Source: a phage
Length of the DNA: 64,000 nucleotides
Sequence record: PZ452579.1
Reading direction: 5' to 3' (one strand)
Positions 9,588-19,426 of the stretch are shown piece after piece. Under the pieces are notes generated by a model, which had not been told where the DNA came from, made no database searches, and saw only the letters and a list, made by a program, of their open reading frames with translations. Position 1 is the first letter of the stretch. The number at the start of each line of letters is the position of its first letter. Both the position numbers and the translations under genes were made by a program.

Positions 9588-10697
9588 ATGATTAGTGTAA
9601 AAGAAATAGTAGTAGATGCAAAGGATTTAAATAAAGCAATCCCAGTCTCAGAAAGTGCTGGGCAAAGCACTAAAACCGAAACAACTACTAAAACTTATGT
9701 TGCTCAATTTCCTACAGGAAGAGCAGCCGGAAATGACTCCACAGGAGACTTCCAGGTAACAGACCTTTATAAGAACGGATTATTATTTACCGCGTACAAT
9801 ATGTCTGCACGCGATTCAGGATCCCTAAGAAATTTACGTCCGGCATATGCCAGGACTTCATCTAATGGTATCTTATCAGATTTAACTGATAACGTGAAAG
9901 ATGCAGTGACTAAATTCTCAAGCGGATTGCTTCCTGCCGGAGCTAATAAATCTACTATAAATAAAACTCCTGTTGCCAATATCCTTTTGCCGCGTTCCAA
10001 ATCTGACGTTGATACAACTTCACATCGTTTTAATGATGTCGGTGATAGTCTTATTACTAAAGGTGGAGGTACTGCTACGGGTGTTTTAAGTAACATTGCT
10101 TCTACTGCAGTTTTTGGTGCATTAGATTCTATTACTCAAGGGCTTATGGCTGATAATAACGAACAGATTTATACGACTTCTCGTAGTATGTATGGCGGTG
10201 CTGAGAACCGTACCAAAGTCTTTACATGGGATTTAACTCCACGTTCAACTGAAGACCTTATGGCTATTATAAACATTTACCAATATTTTAACTATTTCTC
10301 ATATGGTGAGACAGGTAAATCACAATACGCCCAAGAGATTAAAAGTTATTTAGACGAATGGTACCGTTCAACGTTTATTGAGCCTATGACACCAGACGAT
10401 GCAGTAAAAAATAAGACACTGTTTGAAAAGATTACTGCGTCATTAACAAATGTATTAGTTGTAAGCAACCCTACAATTTGGATGGTTAAAAACTTTGGAC
10501 ACACGTCTAAATTTGACGGGTTAACTGATGTATTTGGCCCATGTCAAATTCAAAGCGTACGTTTTGATAAAACTCCAAATGGACAATTTAATGGTCTCGC
10601 TGTTGCTCCTAACTTACCATCGACATTTACGTTAGAGATAACAATGCGAGAAATTATTACATTAAACCGTTCTTCACTTTATGCGGGGACTTTCTAA
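9588..10697 (+). CDS. 48: Baseplate tail tube junction protein gp48
   Basis: 369 aa; synteny. Confidence 0.88.
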   Translation: MISVKEIVVDAKDLNKAIPVSESAGQSTKTETTTKTYVAQFPTGRAAGNDSTGDFQVTDLYKNGLLFTAYNMSARDSGSLRNLRPAYARTSSNGILSDLTDNVKDAVTKFSSGLLPAGANKSTINKTPVANILLPRSKSDVDTTSHRFNDVGDSLITKGGGTATGVLSNIASTAVFGALDSITQGLMADNNEQIYTTSRSMYGGAENRTKVFTWDLTPRSTEDLMAIINIYQYFNYFSYGETGKSQYAQEIKSYLDEWYRSTFIEPMTPDDAVKNKTLFEKITASLTNVLVVSNPTIWMVKNFGHTSKFDGLTDVFGPCQIQSVRFDKTPNGQFNGLAVAPNLPSTFTLEITMREIITLNRSSLYAGTF

Positions 10698-11659
10698 TGT
10701 ACTCTTTAGAAGAATTTAATAACCAAGCTATAAATGCAGATTTCCAACGAAACAATATGTTTAGTTGTGTATTTGCTACTACACCATCAACCAAATCGTC
10801 TTCACTAATTTCGTCAATTGGTAGTTTTGCTTATAATAACTTAGGGTTGGATTCAGATTGGCTAGGATTGACTCAAGGTGATATCAATCAGGGCGTAACA
10901 ACCCTGATTACAGCAGGAACACAGAAATTAATTCGAAAATCAGGTGTAAGTAAATATCTGATTGGAGCAATGAGTCAACGTACGGTACAAAGCTTGTTAG
11001 GTGAGTTCACAGTAGGAGCTTATCTGATAGACTTCTTCAATATGGCATATAATAATACAGGTTTAATGATTTATTCTGTAAAAATGCCTGAGAACCGATT
11101 ATCTTATGAAACAGATTTCAACTATAACTCACCGAACATCCGAATTACCGGCCGTGAAATGGACCCATTAGTAATAAGCTTTAGAATGGATTCCGAAGCA
11201 TCTAACTTTAGAGCAATGCAGGACTGGGTAAACTCAGTCCAAGACCCTGTAACAGGTCTTCGCGCTTTACCACAAGACGTCGAAGCAGATATTCAGGTTA
11301 ATTTACATGCACGAAATGGTTTACCACATACCGCTGTCATGTTCACCGGATGTATTCCTGTTAGTGTCTCTTCTCCTGAGTTAACGTATGATGGTGATAA
11401 TCAGATAACAGTTTTTGATGTAACATTTGCTTATCGCGTTATGCAATCAGGTGCTGTAAATAGACAGGCTGCTTTAGAATGGCTGGAATCAGGACTTATT
11501 AGTAGTGTTTCAGGAATGTTTGGAAATAATCAGAATGATTCTGGTCTAGGAAGTGCAGTATCAAGACTTTCTAGATTAGGTGGGACTGCTGGAGGTGTGT
11601 CTAATATAAACACATTGACAGGTGTGGTGAATTCTGCGTCAAGAGTTTTAGGACTATAA
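10697..11659 (+). CDS. 54: Baseplate tail tube initiator gp54
   Basis: 320 aa as in T4; synteny. Confidence 0.88.
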   Translation: MYSLEEFNNQAINADFQRNNMFSCVFATTPSTKSSSLISSIGSFAYNNLGLDSDWLGLTQGDINQGVTTLITAGTQKLIRKSGVSKYLIGAMSQRTVQSLLGEFTVGAYLIDFFNMAYNNTGLMIYSVKMPENRLSYETDFNYNSPNIRITGREMDPLVISFRMDSEASNFRAMQDWVNSVQDPVTGLRALPQDVEADIQVNLHARNGLPHTAVMFTGCIPVSVSSPELTYDGDNQITVFDVTFAYRVMQSGAVNRQAALEWLESGLISSVSGMFGNNQNDSGLGSAVSRLSRLGGTAGGVSNINTLTGVVNSASRVLGL

Positions 11660-11660
11660 G

Positions 11661-11690
11661 AAAAAAAAAGGGAGACAACGTCTCCCTTTA
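11661..11690. terminator. Bidirectional hairpin terminator between gene 54 and the alt operon
   Basis: A9 run - gggagac aacg tctccc - ttt; GC stem flanked by A-run and T-run between convergent genes. Confidence 0.65.
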
Positions 11691-11695
11691 GGGGT

Positions 11696-11989
11696 TTATT
11701 TACGGAATGAAAGGAATGCTGGTGCTCGGAATGGAGTATCATCTTTAGAGTATTTAACTAATACGACCATTGGTACCTCTGTTTCTAAATGACCTGTCAC
11801 TACACCGATAAAAATTTGATCAGTGTGCTCAGGGTCACGAAAGTTTTTAAGAGGTTCCATAGCAATATGGAATGCACCTGGGAATACTCGATTCAATTCG
11901 TCAATCACAGCTTCGTTAAAAACATCATCCGCTGGGATAGCATCTTCAACTACTAGTTCTTGACCATTAAAGCGAAGCATAGATTTCAT
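11696..11989 (-). CDS. Alt-downstream small protein (alt.-1/alt.-2 position)
   Basis: Start moved to in-frame Met (MKSMLRF...) with GAGG RBS, because an early promoter lies inside the longer track ORF. Confidence 0.6.
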   Translation of the reverse strand: MKSMLRFNGQELVVEDAIPADDVFNEAVIDELNRVFPGAFHIAMEPLKNFRDPEHTDQIFIGVVTGHLETEVPMVVLVKYSKDDTPFRAPAFLSFRK

Positions 11990-12018
11990 AACGTTTTCCT
12001 CATGTTGTTGATGGGATG

Positions 12019-12048
12019 ATAGTATCACACATCCATGTGTTTGTAAAC
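12019..12048 (-). promoter_or_regulatory. T4-type early promoter (minus): -35 GTTTACA, 17-nt spacer, -10 TACTAT
   Basis: + strand atagta...tgtaaac; followed by GAGG RBS and ATG at 11989. Confidence 0.55.
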
Positions 12049-14135
12049 TATCCTTGGACAAATTTAAACGGAACTGATTCTAAATCCATTAAAGATGCTA
12101 ACAATTTCAATCCTTTAGGAGCACTAGTTTTTTCTACAAATGAGGAGAACGATACCGGCTCATCTGATTCGATTTCACCTGTCATAGCAACCACCTCGCC
12201 TGTTTCCATGAGAACATCACCATCGTAAATGACAGCTTCATCCAACTGGTCTGAGGACATGACTTCAGCTTGAATAAATTTAAGGTTGGATTCTAAACCT
12301 GCACCAGTGTCAGATGACGCATCTGTAATTTTATTTATCTGCAAGAGAATGCCTCTAGGCAAAATAATTTCTTGCTCGTTAGGGTGATTACTCAACTGTC
12401 CTGGATAAATCACGTTAACTTTATGAGCGCCATCAATAGCCCATCCAACGTTAACACGGATTTGTTCTGGCGCATGCATAGCTGTTCTTACTTGACTAGG
12501 AGAAATAGTAACACCTTCGTCATTATTGTCAATGTTAAGCTCTTTGCGAACTTCTTCAGGAGCAAGTCCAAGGGCAACGTTCTCTTTAAACCCACCGAAA
12601 ATAATAGGAGCTAGTGAAGTGGAAACATAGTTTCTGAAGTAGAATACCTTATTTTTAACCATTGCTTCGTAAATAGGCATTCTGATAGACTGAGCTCTAT
12701 ATAACGTTAGTCCTTCAGGTAAACGGTCTCCATTTAAAAACGCCGAATCAAGACCATCAATAGCGCGTTTAACTTCATCTTCATCCGCAACATCGTAAAA
12801 ATCTGGTTTATAACGACCTAACAACATATTATTGATATCGGTATACGCAGAAGAGGCATATTCACTAATAGCTCGTTTTTCAGCAACAGAGTATTGTTTA
12901 GGGTCCCGATTCATTGTTATATTAAAGGTGCCTCTAGCCGATTCTCGTGCATAAGTATACATCACATTAGACAAGAACGCTGATTTACGTTGTTTCCAAG
13001 TTCTTTCAGATACTTCAGCTAAAACGTCGTCGGCCAGTTGGAAATTATCACGTCTAAAATCTTCAAACCATCCGTCTTTAATAGAGTCTGCAATTTCATT
13101 TGCAGCTTCAACAAAAGCAGCTAATGCTTTAACAGATGTTGTTTTTTCAGTTTTAATTTTCTTAGCAAACTTTTCTAAAGCCGGCTTAATAACACCACCA
13201 TAAGAAACTTCATCAGCAAATTTAAAGGATTCATCAATACGATTATAAATCTTATTTTCGATATCAGCAACTAAAGTGCCTTTTGCTGTGGACGATGCTT
13301 GGGCTAGTACTATTTCATATGCTTCAGGAAGTAATTCGGCTGTAGCTGGGCCACTAACTTCTTTAGCAGAATTTTCGTATTTCTGGAATAACTCACCTTC
13401 TTGTCGGTCCGCTTCTAAAGATTGACTTGCTGCAATAGCACGACGAGAAATTTTAGTACGAGCAATAACAGGCTTATCTTTACGTTTTTCTTCTACAGCA
13501 GCAATAGAACCAGCTATAGCCGTTTCTTTGGTGACCTTTTCGCCGGTCTTTTTACTCACATAAACTTCGCCAACATCAGAATCTACTTTAGTGTACAACT
13601 CTGTGTTAATGTTAGGGATGCCTTTAATATCTTCAATGTTGGCATTTTTACGAACCATCATCACATAGGTGTGTTTACCTGTGAATTGATACATTGCCGA
13701 CAATACTTTAAAACGACCACCTGTTTTAGTAGAAACTAAACGAGCAAGAAGAGTTTGAAGCTGCTGTCCACGTCCTTTCAATTTCTTGGTAGGGAATCGG
13801 AACAGAACTGCATCCATACGAAGAGCTTTAACCTGTTCATATACTGTATTGAAAATGGTGTTGATTGCATCAATAGGAGCAGGACCAAGGCCATTTTTCA
13901 ATTCAGCGAGATTACCCTTTTCAGATAGACTCATAATAACAACATGAGCGTATTTGTCGCCAAGTTTAACTTGTTTTACAGCATCACCTTCGGAAAGGTA
14001 AGAGAATAAGCGAACTACGATGTTTGTATCGATATCACCAATTTTCCAGACTTGTGGAACTTTAGCTTTAGGGTTCAAATTGACGACAGGAAGACTGCCT
14101 TCAGATTCAAACACTTCATTTAATTGTTCAGACAT
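12048..14135 (-). CDS. alt: Alt, packaged ADP-ribosyltransferase
   Basis: 695 aa; matches remembered T4 Alt including C-terminal ...KFVQG and RSE-type ART motifs (YRAQS, STS, QEIILPRG). Confidence 0.92.
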   Translation of the reverse strand: MSEQLNEVFESEGSLPVVNLNPKAKVPQVWKIGDIDTNIVVRLFSYLSEGDAVKQVKLGDKYAHVVIMSLSEKGNLAELKNGLGPAPIDAINTIFNTVYEQVKALRMDAVLFRFPTKKLKGRGQQLQTLLARLVSTKTGGRFKVLSAMYQFTGKHTYVMMVRKNANIEDIKGIPNINTELYTKVDSDVGEVYVSKKTGEKVTKETAIAGSIAAVEEKRKDKPVIARTKISRRAIAASQSLEADRQEGELFQKYENSAKEVSGPATAELLPEAYEIVLAQASSTAKGTLVADIENKIYNRIDESFKFADEVSYGGVIKPALEKFAKKIKTEKTTSVKALAAFVEAANEIADSIKDGWFEDFRRDNFQLADDVLAEVSERTWKQRKSAFLSNVMYTYARESARGTFNITMNRDPKQYSVAEKRAISEYASSAYTDINNMLLGRYKPDFYDVADEDEVKRAIDGLDSAFLNGDRLPEGLTLYRAQSIRMPIYEAMVKNKVFYFRNYVSTSLAPIIFGGFKENVALGLAPEEVRKELNIDNNDEGVTISPSQVRTAMHAPEQIRVNVGWAIDGAHKVNVIYPGQLSNHPNEQEIILPRGILLQINKITDASSDTGAGLESNLKFIQAEVMSSDQLDEAVIYDGDVLMETGEVVAMTGEIESDEPVSFSSFVEKTSAPKGLKLLASLMDLESVPFKFVQG

Positions 14136-14171
14136 AGTGTTTTCCTTTTAGTAATAATTTATATTTATGCC

Positions 14172-14191
14172 AAAAAGAGCCCGAAGGCTCT
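14172..14191 (-). terminator. UUCG-tetraloop hairpin terminator (minus strand)
   Basis: Minus RNA AGAGCC-UUCG-GGCUCU followed by UUUU. Confidence 0.55.
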
Positions 14192-14379
14192 TAATCCACA
14201 ATCCGGAGCAAAGTACGATAAACTTCAAAATTAGGGCCTTTTTCGTACTTATCAAAATTGTCCATAAAAATATGATAGGAATCGTTATTAGGAAAATCTA
14301 ATACAATTTGGGAACAAGAGGTGGAAACATCACCACCATCTTTATTAGCGACAACTACTGTTTCTAAATAAGCTTTCAT
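14191..14379 (-). CDS. Hypothetical small protein between ligase and alt
   Basis: 62-aa ORF; stop overlaps ligase start region. Confidence 0.5.
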   Translation of the reverse strand: MKAYLETVVVANKDGGDVSTSCSQIVLDFPNNDSYHIFMDNFDKYEKGPNFEVYRTLLRIVD

Positions 14380-15872
14380 TATAAACCCGTCTGGTCCCAG
14401 GACCCAAATACGTCTTCAAACGAATCCGCTTCTGTTTTATCAAAACGGAACCCTTTAATAATTGGAAGGAAAATACCTACAGTACCTTCACGGCCTTTAG
14501 AATGAACCCAACCATTACATTCACAATCAGCGATACGTCCAATCAATTTACCTTCACGAGCTTCGGACATTAATCGTTCACGGTCCAAATCATGACGCTC
14601 GTCTAAAGGAATAAGAACCTTTACACCGTCAACTGTTTTATGAGTTGTATCTTTAAAACCTGAACCACAATCAGTTGTAATACGACGACAACGTGATACG
14701 AGTTCGACACCACCCAATTTGTTAGGGTCTTTAGAGTGTTCATAGTATCCTACAACTTCTAAAGCGATATCAATAACTTCTTTAAATTTAATTAGGTTCT
14801 TAGAGCGTTTGTTTTCCCAATATGAATCACGGTTTTTAAGGATAATACCTTCAAGACCTTGGTCAACATATTTTTTATAAACCACTTTAGCTTCGTCAAG
14901 ATTACGAACTAACTGATTTTCAATTGGCTCAATTCGCTTAAAGCCTTCAGCCATATTTTCAAGAGCAGCAAAACGAACATCGTATTTCTGACCTTTAATT
15001 TTGCCATCAGAATAGACTTCATCTAAAGGAACATAGTCCCAGGCTTGAAGAACCATACCTTCAGCTTCTTTAGGAGAAATAGTCCCTTGAAGAGATTTAT
15101 TTGCTAAACCATTTGAAGTGCTACGGTCTGCAACCTGTACTTCTTCGGATTCTTCATTATCACCAAATAAGAACGACAGGCCATTTCCTGAGCTCACAGC
15201 CTTTTTAATATCAAATGAATGATAAACTAATTCGCCGTCGATTAAAACCCCATTAGGGTGTCTTTCACGAGCTTCTTTAGTCATTTCCATTAGTTCATCC
15301 GCTAATAGAGTAAGACCATGGTATTCGTTACCGGCACGAGAAAAGAATTGAACACCATCATCGCGAACTTCAGCGAAACAACGAGCACCATCGGCTTTTA
15401 ATTGAGCAAATGCAGGCCATTTAATATTTTTAGTAATCAATTTCTCATCATATGCAGATGCTAACATCTGTGGTTGCAATTGAATAAGTCCAGGCCACAC
15501 CTTATTCGCGATAGACACTGAAGCACCTACTTCAAGGTCGCGCATCATTACACGACGAAGGACTTCTACATCATCAGGTTTACCGTCAGCGATATAACCC
15601 ATGAGCTCTTTAATTGCAGCATTACCAGTGAGTTTACGAGTGGCTAATGTGAACTCAATAAAATCCAACATGTCATCTAATTCGAGAAGTCCATACGCTT
15701 GAGACCTTTCACCTGGTCCTGGCCATTTCTTAATATAATACTGGATACCACGTGCATATGTTAAACGATACACACGTTCAAGTAATTTGTTGTCCTTATT
15801 TTTCTTAAGGATTTCTTGTTTTGTTTTAGTAGAACCGATCGCAGCTATTTGGTTTAAAATATCTAAAATCAT
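14379..15872 (-). CDS. 30: ATP-dependent DNA ligase gp30
   Basis: 497 aa; matches T4 DNA ligase (MILDILNQIAAIGSTKTKQ..., KADG adenylation motif in QLKADGARCF, C-terminal FEDVFG). Confidence 0.96.
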   Translation of the reverse strand: MILDILNQIAAIGSTKTKQEILKKNKDNKLLERVYRLTYARGIQYYIKKWPGPGERSQAYGLLELDDMLDFIEFTLATRKLTGNAAIKELMGYIADGKPDDVEVLRRVMMRDLEVGASVSIANKVWPGLIQLQPQMLASAYDEKLITKNIKWPAFAQLKADGARCFAEVRDDGVQFFSRAGNEYHGLTLLADELMEMTKEARERHPNGVLIDGELVYHSFDIKKAVSSGNGLSFLFGDNEESEEVQVADRSTSNGLANKSLQGTISPKEAEGMVLQAWDYVPLDEVYSDGKIKGQKYDVRFAALENMAEGFKRIEPIENQLVRNLDEAKVVYKKYVDQGLEGIILKNRDSYWENKRSKNLIKFKEVIDIALEVVGYYEHSKDPNKLGGVELVSRCRRITTDCGSGFKDTTHKTVDGVKVLIPLDERHDLDRERLMSEAREGKLIGRIADCECNGWVHSKGREGTVGIFLPIIKGFRFDKTEADSFEDVFGSWDQTGL

Positions 15873-16138
15873 TTGATGTCCTCGATTTTGGTTACGGTTC
15901 TATTATAAGCCACTTCATCTAGAAGCGATTTCAGCGTTTTCTGATAAGTGGTAATCCATTTACCGAGCCCTTCAACATAGTATTCTGAAATGTAGATGAA
16001 CCCTTGTTCAACACACTCTTTAAATATTTCTGCGTCTTTTACTGAACGAAACAATGGCCAGTCTCGAAAGAACATGTTAACGTGACCGTAGTCACGCGTT
16101 GTGTTTTTACCATCTGTAATATCATGAACTACAAACAT
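15869..16138 (-). CDS. Hypothetical protein (30.1 position)
   Basis: 89-aa ORF upstream of ligase in the same operon. Confidence 0.6.
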   Translation of the reverse strand: MFVVHDITDGKNTTRDYGHVNMFFRDWPLFRSVKDAEIFKECVEQGFIYISEYYVEGLGKWITTYQKTLKSLLDEVAYNRTVTKIEDIK

Positions 16139-16147
16139 AATTATCCC

Positions 16148-16963
16148 TTAACAATTTATAGACCAAGTCCATTTAGACGAATCTAAAGGAAAGTTTTGAA
16201 TCGTCCACCACGGCTGCATATCGGTTGGACCTGGGGTTCGCCAGGTATACGGATTCGACGGAGCGCCAATTTGATTAGGCCATGCACCTGGACTTGTTGC
16301 ACCAGATTCTTTAAGCAAATCCGCCAATCGTTTTAAAAGGTCTTCATGATCTGAATCTGAATTATGCTCGGGTGGAACCAAACGAGATTCAATATCATCC
16401 CACGTGTGTACACGTTGTGCAGTGCGAGGAATATCATCACGTTCACCACGAGCCAACCAATAAATCGGTACATTAAGAATTTCTGCCGCATGGTCACAGT
16501 GATGAGCTAAATCGTCAACGTAACAAATCACGTTATATTTTGTTTTAGCTAGTTCGAATAATTGTTCCTTTGAAGAATCATGACCACACATCATTACTTC
16601 AGAGAAAGCGCCTGGGAACAAAGCATTCAAATTAAATTGTCTATTCAATCGAGCATCAATTGAATCACCTAGCGCCGTCACGGCTACAAAATTATAGTCT
16701 TCTTTTAGTTTATTGATAACTCGAAGAGCATCCGAATAAGGCGCTAAGTAACGAATAAAATCAGAGCGATTATATTTTTCTATTAATTGTTTACCAAGGT
16801 TATCGTCGGTATTGAACAGTTTACCAGGAGAAATAAATTTTTCGTCCTGAATCATTTTTAAAATATGTTCTAATGGAAGATTATATTTTTGGGCAAAATA
16901 AGGAAGACCAGATTGCCAGCTTAAACATACACCATCAATATCAGTCAAAATAGTAGGCTTCAT
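16148..16963 (-). CDS. HAD-superfamily hydrolase-like protein (30.2 position) with W/P-rich C-terminal tail
   Basis: N-terminal DxDGV motif (TDIDGVCL) typical of HAD phosphatases/nucleotidases; 271 aa. Confidence 0.6.
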   Translation of the reverse strand: MKPTILTDIDGVCLSWQSGLPYFAQKYNLPLEHILKMIQDEKFISPGKLFNTDDNLGKQLIEKYNRSDFIRYLAPYSDALRVINKLKEDYNFVAVTALGDSIDARLNRQFNLNALFPGAFSEVMMCGHDSSKEQLFELAKTKYNVICYVDDLAHHCDHAAEILNVPIYWLARGERDDIPRTAQRVHTWDDIESRLVPPEHNSDSDHEDLLKRLADLLKESGATSPGAWPNQIGAPSNPYTWRTPGPTDMQPWWTIQNFPLDSSKWTWSINC

Positions 16964-17418
16964 AAAGAGTCTCTTAATAGGTTTAACACATCAATAAATT
17001 CAGCTTCAGTTAGTATTGTATCATCTTTTGTTAGACCACTAGCCATGCTGTGCTTCAAAATTTTTCCTTTAGAGGCTTGTAAGGCATCACGAAACCCCTT
17101 GTTTTGGATCGCGGCTTCAAAATATGCATTTGTGTATAATTCTTTCCACGCTTCGGAGTATCTTGAAAATGGAACTCCTAACCAGAAGAGAGTCCCACGG
17201 TCCTGAGCTCTTGCATAAGACCTTCCTGCTTGCTGTGCAGCCAATCCAGACAACCCAAATATACGTCTTTGTTGTTCAACATTTTTCACCTTACATCCTT
17301 GGAGAAATCCTTCAAGACCTCCGAATTGAATACCATCCATAACAAAAGGCCATTGAGCAAAGTTACTTAATGCACATGACGGCCACTTGAAATTACTTCT
17401 TATTTCTAACTCAGGCAT
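16960..17418 (-). CDS. Hypothetical protein (30.3 position)
   Basis: 152-aa ORF, overlaps neighbours by 4 nt. Confidence 0.6.
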   Translation of the reverse strand: MPELEIRSNFKWPSCALSNFAQWPFVMDGIQFGGLEGFLQGCKVKNVEQQRRIFGLSGLAAQQAGRSYARAQDRGTLFWLGVPFSRYSEAWKELYTNAYFEAAIQNKGFRDALQASKGKILKHSMASGLTKDDTILTEAEFIDVLNLLRDSL

Positions 17419-17603
17419 TTTAAACCTTTAATAGGAGATAGTTCTTTACCCATACGTATGTCAGAAGTCCCATCAACCCATTGAACAGCATACGCTTCAT
17501 TGATAATTCCAGCGGCGGTTTTAAATTCATGGAGAACTTTAAAAATCATCCCAGGGATTCCAACACCTTTTAATTGGACTGTTTGTGCTATTAAAAATTT
17601 CAT
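17406..17603 (-). CDS. Hypothetical small protein
   Basis: 65-aa ORF with early promoter upstream. Confidence 0.5.
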   Translation of the reverse strand: MKFLIAQTVQLKGVGIPGMIFKVLHEFKTAAGIINEAYAVQWVDGTSDIRMGKELSPIKGLKCLS

Positions 17604-17627
17604 ATTTTTCCACTTACTAAAGAAATC

Positions 17628-17658
17628 ATTATACTCTAATCCGTCCTTGGATGTGAAC
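17628..17658 (-). promoter_or_regulatory. T4-type early promoter (minus): -10 TATAAT, -35 GTTCACA
   Basis: + strand attata - 17 nt - tgtgaac; member of the ccttgg subfamily. Confidence 0.45.
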
Positions 17659-18272
17659 TACTTAACGAAATTAATTTCTACCGGATGAACAACAGGTTGA
17701 GCAGTGATATATTGAGTAATTGCTTTCATGACTAGAGCTTCAGAACCAGGATTTTTCTCAACGAATTCACATGCTTGGTTATGAGCTTCAAGTTCACTTA
17801 GTAAACCACTTCGTTGGCATCCACGGTCTTGAGTACCCTGTTCAGATAAAAAGACGACGTTGTATTTTTCATCGTCATACGGTTTAGACGGTTGAGCAAA
17901 TGTTCCTTTACTTCCAAAAGGAGAGTTATGACGCCACATCACGCCGTGAGGAGTTTCAACCTTCGTATATTCATGCGGGCCATTTTTCTTAGTTTCTTGA
18001 TGTGGAACTTCGTAGACCTTAGGGTTAGGACATTCAATAAAATGCTCATCTAAATCAGTCGAGAATATTAAAGAAAAACAATTACTGAATTTACCAACAC
18101 CTGCCTGATAAATTTTACCTTCAGAAGTTCTAATTTCACAAACCGAGCCGGCATCAGTAACTTCTAAAACTTCAAAAGGCTCAATAAGGTCATATGAGAA
18201 CATGTTTTTAAGGCGTGGAGTAATATCCCCATTTTTAAAATTCATTTTATAAAAAGTATTAACTTTAAACAT
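17658..18272 (-). CDS. Hypothetical protein (30.x region)
   Basis: 204-aa ORF. Confidence 0.6.
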   Translation of the reverse strand: MFKVNTFYKMNFKNGDITPRLKNMFSYDLIEPFEVLEVTDAGSVCEIRTSEGKIYQAGVGKFSNCFSLIFSTDLDEHFIECPNPKVYEVPHQETKKNGPHEYTKVETPHGVMWRHNSPFGSKGTFAQPSKPYDDEKYNVVFLSEQGTQDRGCQRSGLLSELEAHNQACEFVEKNPGSEALVMKAITQYITAQPVVHPVEINFVK

Positions 18273-18284
18273 AATTTCCTCAGT

Positions 18285-18300
18285 GGGAGCCGAAGCTCCC
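18285..18300 (-). other. Intercistronic UUCG-tetraloop hairpin
   Basis: gggagc cgaa gctccc between two co-oriented ORFs, directly upstream of RBS. Confidence 0.5.
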
Positions 18301-18307
18301 AGTTAAA

Positions 18308-18673
18308 TTAGATATCGAATTCGTTAAGAACTACATCAAAGATTGCTTCGAGATGTTCAGGTTTAGCTCGGTTACTCAGGATACGACGAATCCAAGTTTT
18401 AACCAGAAGTTTACGATTAACACCGTTCCAGCAAGGATGAGTACCTAAATCACGCTGACGGAAATCATCATCTAATGCAATTTTGAAGTTGGAACCTTCC
18501 ATCGTGATTGAAACCGTGATGCCATTTTCAAATCGCATATAAACGTAATTAGGAGTCATATACTGCTCAATTTCACATACTGTACCGTTTTCGTGTTTCC
18601 ATAAGCAAATAACTTCAGAAGAACCAGCGATACCGTTAGAAACATATTTACGTTCGAAGTTGATGTAGTTCAT
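18308..18673 (-). CDS. Hypothetical protein (30.x region)
   Basis: 121-aa ORF, GGAG RBS. Confidence 0.6.
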   Translation of the reverse strand: MNYINFERKYVSNGIAGSSEVICLWKHENGTVCEIEQYMTPNYVYMRFENGITVSITMEGSNFKIALDDDFRQRDLGTHPCWNGVNRKLLVKTWIRRILSNRAKPEHLEAIFDVVLNEFDI

Positions 18674-18714
18674 TTTATTCTCCAGATGTTTAGGTTGTTT
18701 GTTGATACAGGTCT

Positions 18715-18744
18715 ATAATAACATAACCTGTACCAAAGTAAACT
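18715..18744 (-). promoter_or_regulatory. T4-type early promoter (minus)
   Basis: + strand ataata - 17 nt - agtaaac, within a gttgatacaggtctataata PeSL-like context. Confidence 0.5.
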
Positions 18745-18747
18745 GTT

Positions 18748-19116
18748 TTATGCAACTTTAATCCAATTGTCTAAATTTAAAACACCTTTGGCTTTCATTT
18801 TTTCGATCAGGTTATCTGCTGTAATGCGTCCATTTTGATACCATGTAACATCTTCAGAGTAACCAGTTTCTTCGTCAACATATGTTTCTGAACGAATTTT
18901 ACCGGTAATAATAGTTTTTAATTCGTATGTGTCACCTGTGAAAAAGTTTGCTAACACAATTTTCCAAGAGAAATCATTTGAAGGACCTTCAGGGGTCATA
19001 CAACCTACGAACTCAAATTGCTCTTTGTATAACATCCACTGGAATTCTTTAATTTCGATAGCTTTATAACCGTCGTGGTCTTTACATTTGATGTATGAGT
19101 TCAGATTGATTTTCAT
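18748..19116 (-). CDS. Hypothetical protein (30.x region)
   Basis: 122-aa ORF, GGAG RBS. Confidence 0.6.
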   Translation of the reverse strand: MKINLNSYIKCKDHDGYKAIEIKEFQWMLYKEQFEFVGCMTPEGPSNDFSWKIVLANFFTGDTYELKTIITGKIRSETYVDEETGYSEDVTWYQNGRITADNLIEKMKAKGVLNLDNWIKVA

Positions 19117-19156
19117 TTTGTTCTCCGGTTTGTTTTATCGATTAGGTGGTACAAGT

Positions 19157-19187
19157 CTATAGTAACACATCCTACAGGAGAGTAAAC
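19157..19187 (-). promoter_or_regulatory. T4-type early promoter (minus)
   Basis: + strand ctatagta...agtaaac. Confidence 0.45.
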
Positions 19188-19217
19188 ATCTTTTTAAACT
19201 TTTTCTGCCCTAAACGC

Positions 19218-19241
19218 ACAAAAGGGAGACCGAAGTCTCCC
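19218..19241 (-). terminator. UUCG-tetraloop hairpin terminator (minus)
   Basis: gggagac cgaa gtctccc; minus RNA hairpin followed by U-rich tract; identical stem-loop to the gene 32 terminator. Confidence 0.55.
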
Positions 19242-19246
19242 TAAAA

Positions 19247-19426
19247 TTATGCAACAACCTTTCCAAAACGAGAAGCATCATCTCGAAGAACTGCACGTGC
19301 TCTGCGCATGATCTTCTCAACTGTTTGATTAATACGAGAGTTCGACCCACGCTTGTATCCAGCGCGTTTAGAGGTACCATCAACTTTCTTTTCAACTGCT
19401 TTCTTTGCTTTAGCTTGTTTTGCCAT
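19247..19426 (-). CDS. Small basic protein (59 aa), 30.9 position; absent from the ORF track
   Basis: Manual translation MAKQAKAKKAVEKKVDGTSKRAGYKRGSNSRINQTVEKIMRRARAVLRDDASRFGKVVA; terminator hairpin follows. Confidence 0.55.
   Translation of the reverse strand: MAKQAKAKKAVEKKVDGTSKRAGYKRGSNSRINQTVEKIMRRARAVLRDDASRFGKVVA

Noticed and set aside
11696-12061. 121-aa long form of the alt-downstream ORF
   Set aside because: An early promoter and GAGG RBS lie inside the extension; the start at 11989 is preferred.
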